IMG/VR virus record: IMGVR_UViG_3300005083_000031
Length of the DNA: 64,000 nt
Reading direction: 5' to 3' (one strand)
From: an uncultured virus (IMG/VR IMGVR_UViG_3300005083_000031)
Taxonomy: Duplodnaviria > Heunggongvirae > Uroviricota > Caudoviricetes
The notes beneath the pieces were generated by a model. That model searched no databases. It was not told where the DNA came from and saw only the letters and a program-made list of their open reading frames with translations. This document shows positions 57,165 through 64,000 of this stretch, one piece after another (the first letter of the stretch is position 1; each line of letters opens with the position of its first letter). The position numbers were made by a program, and so were the translations under genes.

Positions 57165-57985
57165 TAGTTTTCTCCTTGGTTATGGAACATTATGCACACG
57201 TCCCACTAGCCACGTGGCTAATGGGACAGTGGGCAGTTGGTATATTAGAACGCACTGTGGAACGTGCGTACTAATGTCGGGAAGGGGAGGGGGGCAAATG
57301 TGGGTGTCCTAATGGCCAACTCTCAAAAATGTGACTGTAGGACGTTCTACAAAACATTAGTTTTTGGTAGAGAACGCCCTGCGAGGCAGGCGGGTGGCTG
57401 CCGTGTGGGAGTTGGCTAATGGTGGGACAGTGAATCGGCCATGGTGGCCGATGGGAAGTGGGACGATGGTGGAAGGGGGAAAAAGCGAAAAGAAATACCC
57501 CGATATTTTTCGCACATTCGTCACGTGTCGAATGTGGGCGCATATGGGGTATATTTTTTTTTTTTTTCTCATTTCACTCAGAAGTAAGTTATAAAGCGTT
57601 ATACAATAACAAAAACACCCCCCCGCCCCCTTCCCGAACCCGCCCGTCCGTAGGGCGAATCCCCCGCTGGCCACTGGCCAACTCTCGCGAACCTTGCTTG
57701 TATTCTCTAGACTTTCCTCAAACCCGCCAGTACGTAGGGCGGGAGCCTGTTACACTATAAAATTTTTTACATCCCTTGTCATGTGTGTGGAACGTTTGCC
57801 GGCGTGCCATGCGTCATATGGCTTGTCCGTAGCAGTCCCTTGCGTTTTGGGCCCAGTCCCTTGCGGTAACTAGGAAAACCAATTGACAAAAAGAAAAAAT
57901 GAATTTTTTCTTTTTGGCAATTGCCTTTCCCCTCCCCCTCCCCCACCCCCCTCCTCTCGGGGGGTGGGGGCCACCTCGGTTGGGG
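57165..57985. promoter_or_regulatory. AT-rich non-coding control region (promoters/origin/terminus candidate)
   Basis: Sharp drop in GC, poly-T/poly-A runs, palindromes, TTGACA at 57883. Confidence 0.6.
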
Positions 57986-58318
57986 TTAGCTCAGCTTGCG
58001 CTGGGCGGCGATGTTGAGGAGGCGAGCGGCATACTCGCGCACCTCGTCTGCGTTCATGCGCTTGCGGGTAGGCGCCTTGGCCTTGGCGGGCTTGCGGGAG
58101 GCGAGCTCCTTCTTGAGAGCCCGCATGCGCATGCGGTTTGCGTACGCCGTGACGGCGATGTCATCGATGCGCGTCTCCGCCTCGGCGATCTCGGCGTTGA
58201 GCTCCTCCTCGGACATGTCCGACATCGTGAGGCGCATCTCCGCCACGATGTCGTTGTCGTTGTCGGTCCTGACTTGCCGCAACGCCTTCTTTTCGGCGTC
58301 CGTCATCTTGCTGGCCAT
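57986..58318 (-). CDS. Small basic coiled-coil protein
   Basis: AAGGAAG RBS; 110 aa. Confidence 0.6.
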   Translation of the reverse strand: MASKMTDAEKKALRQVRTDNDNDIVAEMRLTMSDMSEEELNAEIAEAETRIDDIAVTAYANRMRMRALKKELASRKPAKAKAPTRKRMNADEVREYAARLLNIAAQRKLS

Positions 58319-58491
58319 GGTTCACTTCCTTGGGAAAAGATTTCGGGTAGGCTTGCGGTCAGCCTGTCTGGCCGCCTTCCTGCCCATGGGAGGAACTCGG
58401 GGGGCGGGGCCTTTGGACGGCGCCGGGCAAGGGCCGGCAAACATACTTAGGTACCCGTACACGCCTTCGCCGAAGTCGGCGGGTGTAGCGC

Positions 58492-58520
58492 TTGACTTCC
58501 CGGACTTCCCGCGATACACG
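58492..58520 (+). promoter_or_regulatory. Candidate sigma70-type promoter for the rightward operon
   Basis: TTGACT-N17-TACACG, followed by GGAGG and ATG at 58540. Confidence 0.4.
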
Positions 58521-58539
58521 CGTGTCATCGGAGGTGGAC

Positions 58540-59505
58540 ATGGCAGAAGGTCTTGACGCGATTGCGGAAGCGCTCGAGGTGGCGCGGTACACGGCGGCGG
58601 CGAATGCGCAGATCGCCCGTGACAAGGCGGCCTACGAGGCGGCGCTGCGGGAGAGCTACAATCCCGGCGCGGGTCCCTCCGCGGCGACGTGGGGGCAGCC
58701 GGATCCGTCGCACCGGCCCGAGTACGGGCCGCAGCGGGCGGAGGGGCGGCGCCCCTCGGCGCCGCAGAACAAGGTCATCGCGGCCCGGACGGCGTCGGGC
58801 CCCTCGCGGAAGGCGTCGGGCCCCTCGCGGAAGGCGAAGCCTACACCCCCCAATTCCGGCCCTCAGCGGCCGGAGCGTCCGTTGGATCAAGAGACGTCCG
58901 GCACGTATCCTCCCGAGACGCGCGTCGGAGGCGTCATCCTGCGTCAGAAGTTCAAGCCTTCCGCCCCGGCGGCGGATGTCGACACGGCCCCCTTGCGGGC
59001 GATGGGTCCCCCTCCCCCGTTCCCGGCGCGGGTGCAGGCCCCTGTGCCGAATGGCCCCCCGCTCCCTCCGGGGGCGCAGGACGAGCTTCCGGGGCAGTCG
59101 GCCATGGCCGCGGCCCTGGAGCGGGAGCGTGCGCGTCGTGCGCTGCAGGCCGCCATGGCGGCCCATGGCCAGTCGGAGCTTGACCGGGGCGGTTTCACGG
59201 GGCTTCCCCCGGAGGTGCCGGACGTCTATGACGAGGCGCTGGCGGCTGCGGGGCAGGCGTCCGGTGTCCCTCAGTTCAGAGATCCGATAGCCGACGCTTT
59301 CCGCACGCTTCTTGGCGCACTGGCCCTGGGTGGCCTGTCCCCGGCACCGCAGTTGGACCAACGGTGGCCCGTCTCCCCCGAGCCGGGGCCATGGGCGGGG
59401 CGCGTGACGGGGGGCGCCGCCTCCCTTCCCCCTCCGGTCCACGATCCGGGGCCATGGGCGGGGCGCGTGACGGGGGGCCGCTCCGGTCCTCGTGATGGCA
59501 GGTGA
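58540..59505 (+). CDS. Pro/Ala-rich disordered hypothetical protein
   Basis: GGAGG RBS; internal repeats ASGPSRK x2 and PGPWAGRVTGG x2. Confidence 0.55.
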   Translation: MAEGLDAIAEALEVARYTAAANAQIARDKAAYEAALRESYNPGAGPSAATWGQPDPSHRPEYGPQRAEGRRPSAPQNKVIAARTASGPSRKASGPSRKAKPTPPNSGPQRPERPLDQETSGTYPPETRVGGVILRQKFKPSAPAADVDTAPLRAMGPPPPFPARVQAPVPNGPPLPPGAQDELPGQSAMAAALERERARRALQAAMAAHGQSELDRGGFTGLPPEVPDVYDEALAAAGQASGVPQFRDPIADAFRTLLGALALGGLSPAPQLDQRWPVSPEPGPWAGRVTGGAASLPPPVHDPGPWAGRVTGGRSGPRDGR

Positions 59506-59510
59506 CGCCG

Positions 59511-60071
59511 ATGTCGGTCCCCTATCGCACGATCCCCCGCAAGGTCTGGGCCTCCGCCGCGCTGATCGCGCTTCTGGGCGCGGGGGCGGCGACCATGTCG
59601 GTGACGGACATAGCGGACTTCGAGGGGTACGTCCCGGAGGTGTACGCGGACCCGGTGGGGATTCCCACGAAGTGTTTCGGGGACACCACCGATCTGGACC
59701 CCGGGAGGGTCTACACGTTCGACGAGTGCGTGCGGTCGCTGAACGATCACGCGGTGGAATTGATGAAGCCCGTGATGAAATGCGTCCCCTCCCTTTCCTC
59801 GCAGCCGGACGGGGTGAAGGCGGCGGTGGCGAGCATGGTCTACAACATCGGCAACGGCGCCTTCTGCAGATCCTCCGTTGCGGCGAAGTTCAACGCCGGG
59901 GACTGGGAGGGCGGGTGCAGGCGCATCGCCGAGATATACACGACGGCGAAGGGGAAGGTCCTGAAGGGTCTTGTCAATCGCCGCAACCGGGAGAGCGCGA
60001 CATGCCTGTCGGGTCTGGCGTCTGGTGGTGGATCTGGTGCGTGCTCTCTGGCCTCGCCTTCTACGCGCTAG
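59511..60071 (+). CDS. SAR endolysin (GH24 lysozyme)
   Basis: E-x8-D-x5-T triad (FEG..VYADPVGIPT), YNIG, GL..RR..E; N-terminal Ala/Gly-rich hydrophobic helix. Confidence 0.9.
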   Translation: MSVPYRTIPRKVWASAALIALLGAGAATMSVTDIADFEGYVPEVYADPVGIPTKCFGDTTDLDPGRVYTFDECVRSLNDHAVELMKPVMKCVPSLSSQPDGVKAAVASMVYNIGNGAFCRSSVAAKFNAGDWEGGCRRIAEIYTTAKGKVLKGLVNRRNRESATCLSGLASGGGSGACSLASPSTR

Positions 60072-60087
60072 GGAGGATGGTGGCGTC

Positions 60088-60381
60088 ATGATGACGTATC
60101 TGAAGGCGGTGTTCACCACCCTGTCCGTGCTGATGGCTCTTCTCGTCATCTTCATGGGGTGGGCGCTGCGCGATTTCGCCGTCTACGGGCCGCTCAGCCA
60201 GGAGCATTATGCGGCGCTTGGCGCAGGTCCCGGCGCGGCCCCCGTCTCCCGGGGCCGGGAGTGGGAGGGTGCGCTTGACGTCCTTCAGGACGTCGAGAGG
60301 CGCGACCTCTGGCTTCGGCGGATCGACCGCGTCGGTCGTCTCGACCGGATCGAGCGGACGGTGAGGGAGCTGGTGCACTGA
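60088..60381 (+). CDS. Membrane-anchored protein, possibly lysis related
   Basis: N-terminal TM helix; follows endolysin. Confidence 0.5.
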   Translation: MMTYLKAVFTTLSVLMALLVIFMGWALRDFAVYGPLSQEHYAALGAGPGAAPVSRGREWEGALDVLQDVERRDLWLRRIDRVGRLDRIERTVRELVH

Positions 60382-60680
60382 TGTTCACGGCGATATCCAC
60401 GTTTCTCAAGGGGATCCTCCCCTCGGTCTTCGGGGCTCTCGGGACTTCCGACAAGGTGCGGGAGATCGAGGCGCAGGCGCATCTGGAGGAGGCGAAGGCG
60501 CTGAAGAAGAGGATAAGCCCCCGCTATCTGATGCAGTACTGTCTGGTCCTCCTGTTGACGCTGGGTGGTCTCGGGTGGATACTGCACTGGCTGATGCCGA
60601 CGGTCTTCACGGGGGCGCCCATGAAGGATGAGATAATTTCCCTCGCAAGGGTGGTTTCCGAAATCATAGGGAGCTGGTGA
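60381..60680 (+). CDS. Putative holin-like membrane protein
   Basis: Amphipathic N-term, charged helix, one TM helix; TGATG coupling. Confidence 0.45.
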   Translation: MFTAISTFLKGILPSVFGALGTSDKVREIEAQAHLEEAKALKKRISPRYLMQYCLVLLLTLGGLGWILHWLMPTVFTGAPMKDEIISLARVVSEIIGSW

Positions 60681-61423
60681 TGGCGACGGACGCATTCGGA
60701 TACATGCCGGGGCCGCAGGAGAACTGGTTCGCGAACGAGCCGAACTACTTCGCGAACGACCCGGGCTACGGTCAGCAGAACTGGTTCGCGAACGACCCGG
60801 GCTACGGTCAGCAGAACTGGTTCGCGAACGGGCCCGAGCAGAACTACTTCACGAACGGCCCCGCCCAGCAGCCCGACTGGGATTCCTACTACCGGAGCCA
60901 GGGGTTCCAGCCCATCGGGGCGTCATGGCCGCCGCAGGGTGAGGAGGGGGTCGAGAAGGGGACCGGGGACTACGGCATCCTCCGCCCCAACCGCGCCAGC
61001 CGCCGCATGCAGCGCGGGGCCCCGCCGATAACCCTCGACGAGTACAACGCCCGGGGGAGCATATTCGACGACCCGAACCGGAACATCTTCTCGAATCCCG
61101 GTCTCTACCAGCCTCCGCGGCAGCCGGAGCCCAACCGGCTCCTTCCCGGGATGGGGCTCGGGGGTCCTCTCGGCACCGTTCTCGGGCGGCTGTGGGGTGG
61201 CGGGCAGGCGCCAACATACGGCATGCCCGAGCCGCCGTACATGATGTCGCCGCATCCTCTCGGGCCGCGGCACCAGTTGCCCGAGTGGGCCGCCCCGGAC
61301 GTTCCGGGCCCGTTCCCGGGGCCCGAGTACTACCGTCCGGACGAGACCTTCCCGGACATGCGTCGCCCCTATGACATCTACGGCAACCCCTCCCCCTACC
61401 GTTCCATCCCGGACAGGCTGTGA
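60677..61423 (+). CDS. Pro/Gly/Gln/Tyr-rich low-complexity protein with N[WY]F[AT]N repeats
   Basis: GGGAG RBS; five repeats at 60722-60860. Confidence 0.55.
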   Translation: MMATDAFGYMPGPQENWFANEPNYFANDPGYGQQNWFANDPGYGQQNWFANGPEQNYFTNGPAQQPDWDSYYRSQGFQPIGASWPPQGEEGVEKGTGDYGILRPNRASRRMQRGAPPITLDEYNARGSIFDDPNRNIFSNPGLYQPPRQPEPNRLLPGMGLGGPLGTVLGRLWGGGQAPTYGMPEPPYMMSPHPLGPRHQLPEWAAPDVPGPFPGPEYYRPDETFPDMRRPYDIYGNPSPYRSIPDRL

Positions 61424-61436
61424 CGGGTGCCGACGT

Positions 61437-61877
61437 GTGCGGATATGGGAGCGGCCTGCGAGGCCCCCTTCGACCCTCGGGGAGTGGGTGGCTCTGATGG
61501 ACGAGTTGCGGACGCAGCTTGGCGAGCACAAGGGTCTTCTGTCGTCGCTGGAGAAGCGGCTGGAGCAGTTCATGGAAGAGGTCAGGGACGACATCCGGGA
61601 GACCCGCGTCAAGGTGGAGGGCATGGAGGTCATGATGGCCCGCATGCAGACGTCCCTTGACGAGCACGTGAAGCACGACGCGGAGAAGTACCATCTGCTC
61701 GAGGAGCTTGCGTCGTCCCACGAGCAGTTGAAGCGGGAGCATGACGAGGGGCTGGCCCGGAACGCGGGGCGCGTTGAGGTGGCTCGGTGGGGCGGGGCCG
61801 CCATCGCGAAGCTGGCCGCGGCGGTCGCGGCTTGCGCGGGCGGGGTGCTGTATCTCTTCGAGAGGTTCGTGAAGTGA
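61437..61877 (+). CDS. Coiled-coil protein with C-terminal TM helix (start uncertain)
   Basis: Heptad pattern then hydrophobic tail; GTGA overlap with next gene. Confidence 0.55.
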   Translation: MRIWERPARPPSTLGEWVALMDELRTQLGEHKGLLSSLEKRLEQFMEEVRDDIRETRVKVEGMEVMMARMQTSLDEHVKHDAEKYHLLEELASSHEQLKREHDEGLARNAGRVEVARWGGAAIAKLAAAVAACAGGVLYLFERFVK

Positions 61878-62347
61878 GCGATTTCATACGGCTGGCGCAG
61901 GGGGATCCCTCCTGGTACGACGAGTACCGGTCGCACCTCCGCGATCCGTGGAACCCGATCCGTCGCCTTCCCGGCGGGCAGGAGCGGCGGTTCACGGACT
62001 GGATCCAGTCGCTGCCGTGGTTCGCGGACATGGCGGAGAGCAGCGGGTTCAACCGGGATCCCGGCATCTTCGGGCCCGGTCTCGCGCAGCACCTGACCCG
62101 TCCCGAGGAGTCGCTGTACGACTACAGGCGGGCGTGGCTGGACGGCCAGGGGCCGGGGGCCGAGCGCAACGCGAGCGACGGGTTCCAGCACTGGAACTCG
62201 GTGGCGTCGGACGGGACGTTCCTGAAGGCCCCGTGGCATCCGACGACGTGGATGGAGTTCTATTCGAGAGCGTACCCGGGGGAGGATCCCGGGCGGTGGC
62301 GGACCCCCGAGGAGGCCCGCGACATGCGACCCCGTTTCGCATTCTAG
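61874..62347 (+). CDS. Hypothetical Trp-rich protein
   Basis: GAGG RBS; 'YDYR.AW...HW.S...G.FLK...HPT.W' pattern. Confidence 0.6.
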   Translation: MSDFIRLAQGDPSWYDEYRSHLRDPWNPIRRLPGGQERRFTDWIQSLPWFADMAESSGFNRDPGIFGPGLAQHLTRPEESLYDYRRAWLDGQGPGAERNASDGFQHWNSVASDGTFLKAPWHPTTWMEFYSRAYPGEDPGRWRTPEEARDMRPRFAF

Positions 62348-62356
62348 GAGGCCGAC

Positions 62357-64000
62357 ATGGCGCTTGTGGACAGCGTTCTGATACACGACGCGGCGAACAG
62401 CCGCTTCCGCACGATGACGGTGACGGAGCGGATACCGTCCGCCCTTCTCGACCTGCCGGTGGTGGTGGACGACTCCTCGACGGGTCTCGACACCACGTGG
62501 TCCAGCCGGAAGATCAGCGACACGTTCCCGACGACGCTGACGGTGCAGGCGATGATCGAGGAGTCCCACGGCTCGATGATGGCCTTCAGGGGCTATGTCG
62601 GGGTGGACCAGGGCAAGCTCCCCGCGGTGGTCGCGGACGGGGACTGGTGGTACGACTCGGCGGACGTCCTGCCCTCGGGCGGGGTGTTCATGGCGAAGCG
62701 GCGGGTCTCCGGGACGTGGATGGGGCCGTACAGCTACCAGGCGCAGACGCTGGACATGTGGCTGTACACGGCGCCCGACCCCAACGTGACGGTGTACTAC
62801 GTCGGCGGGGAGTGGCTCTACACGGACACGACGGTGGATCTCTCGCCCTATCGCACGGGGGCGCAGCAGGACGCCCACGACATGTCGACGTACATGGGGC
62901 TCCCGCAGAACGACTCCGTGGTGCGGGTCGCGCAGAACCGCCAGTGGGTCCCCTTCCCGGCCTCGGCGGTCCTTGACGACGCCCAGGTGACGGTGTCGAG
63001 GGGCTGGAGCAGCGACAGAATATCATCCTATGTCGGCGAGCGGGCCGACGCCGCCTCGACGGCTGCCGTGTCCGCCGCCGTCGCGTACACCGACGGCGTG
63101 GCCTCCGGGTTCGCCACGACGGGGTACGTCCAGCAGGAGGCGTCCGCCGCCTCGGCGGGGGCCGTGTCCTTCGCCAGCGGCTACACCCTCGCCGCCTTCG
63201 ACGCCGCGACGGCCTACGTCCAGCAGGAGTCCGCCGCCGCGTCCGCCGCCGCCTACGAGGCCGCGACGGCCTACGTGGGTGGGCAGGGCTTCGCCACGCA
63301 GACGTGGGTCGGATCGCAGGGGTACGCCACGCAGACGTGGGTCTCGAACCAGACGTACGCCACGCAGGCGTACGCGCAGTCGCAGGCCGATTCGGCCGCC
63401 GGGGCCGCCGTGGCGCAGGCCGACAGCAACATCTCCACGGTCTCCGGGGTGCTGCAGGCGCAGCTCGCGGCCAAGGTGACCGACGTCGCCGTCGCGGGCT
63501 CCTACGTCCGGGCCGCGGGCTCCTGGGTCTCGGCAACGGGGGGCGGGGGCTCCGCCAACGTCAGCGGCACCGTCGGCTACGTCGGCGTGTTCGGGTCGGG
63601 CGGCTCCGCCTANNNNNNNNNNNNNNNNNNNNNNNNNNNNNNNNNNNNNNNNNNNNNNNNNNNNNNNNNNNNNNNNNNNNNNNNNNNNNNNNNNGGGGAC
63701 CCAGAGCGCCACTTTCACGACGTGGGCCTCCGGCGGCCAGTCCTTTGGAGGCACGGTTCTCACGACCCAGAGCAACGTCGAGATCTCCGCCCCGTACACG
63801 CTCGATCTGATGGGGGACCATAGCGCCTACCTCCGGACGGGGAGCGGTTCCGGCGCCTGGGACGTCATGGTCCAGATGGGCGGCGGCGTCATGGAGATCT
63901 CCGCGGCGAGCGGCGTCACCATTCACAACGTCGACCAGCCCTTCCTTTCCGGCGACGTCGCCAACAAGCTCTATGTCGACAACGCCGTGGCCGGGGTCTC
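62357..64000 (+). CDS. Tail fibre protein (partial; N gap; runs off window)
   Basis: AGGAGG RBS; WSS.[KR]I motifs, ATQTWV repeats; frame after gap ends 'DVANKLYVDNAVAG'. Confidence 0.7.

Noticed and set aside
57200..57227. Protelomerase (telRL) site
   Set aside because: The palindrome is short and imperfect, and the only tyrosine recombinase has a P4-type arm-binding domain rather than protelomerase features.
60716..60865. 36-bp repeats resembling a mini CRISPR array
   Set aside because: Directly tandem, in-frame coding repeats with no unique spacers; no cas operon.
1..64000. Diversity-generating retroelement or integron explaining the MPE array
   Set aside because: No reverse transcriptase motif, no TR/VR pair and no attC-like palindromes between array genes; the integrase is P4-type.

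Overview
This window is most of the genome of a high-GC, probably temperate, podovirus-like dsDNA phage; no host genes are visible and no large terminase was recognised. 1-32301 (+) is a virion module: scaffold, major capsid, adaptors, nozzle, ejection proteins, a displaced portal, a ~4295-aa giant polyvalent-type protein carrying an in-frame AT-rich zincin insert, and a collagen-like fibre. 32326-57164 (-) holds replication and early genes: Dam methylase, primase/DUF927, SNF2 helicase, VRR-NUC, Cas4-like nuclease, a P4-type integrase with a fused C-terminal HTH and a candidate intact attP, family A DNA polymerase, an amidoligase plus class II glutamine amidotransferase pair, and many small ORFs. 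57165-57985 is an AT-rich control region with palindromes. 58540-64000 (+) holds lysis and fibre genes. The standout feature is 48279-50342 (-): nine head-to-tail 70-91-aa genes that all begin MP[EQ]x[FI], mostly share a Cys scaffold ending Cx6C, are otherwise highly divergent, and are joined by a repeated ATGCCTGAG start/stop junction. They lie about 1 kb downstream of the amidoligase-GATase pair on the same strand. All protein calls are from motif recognition by eye; no database searches were run.
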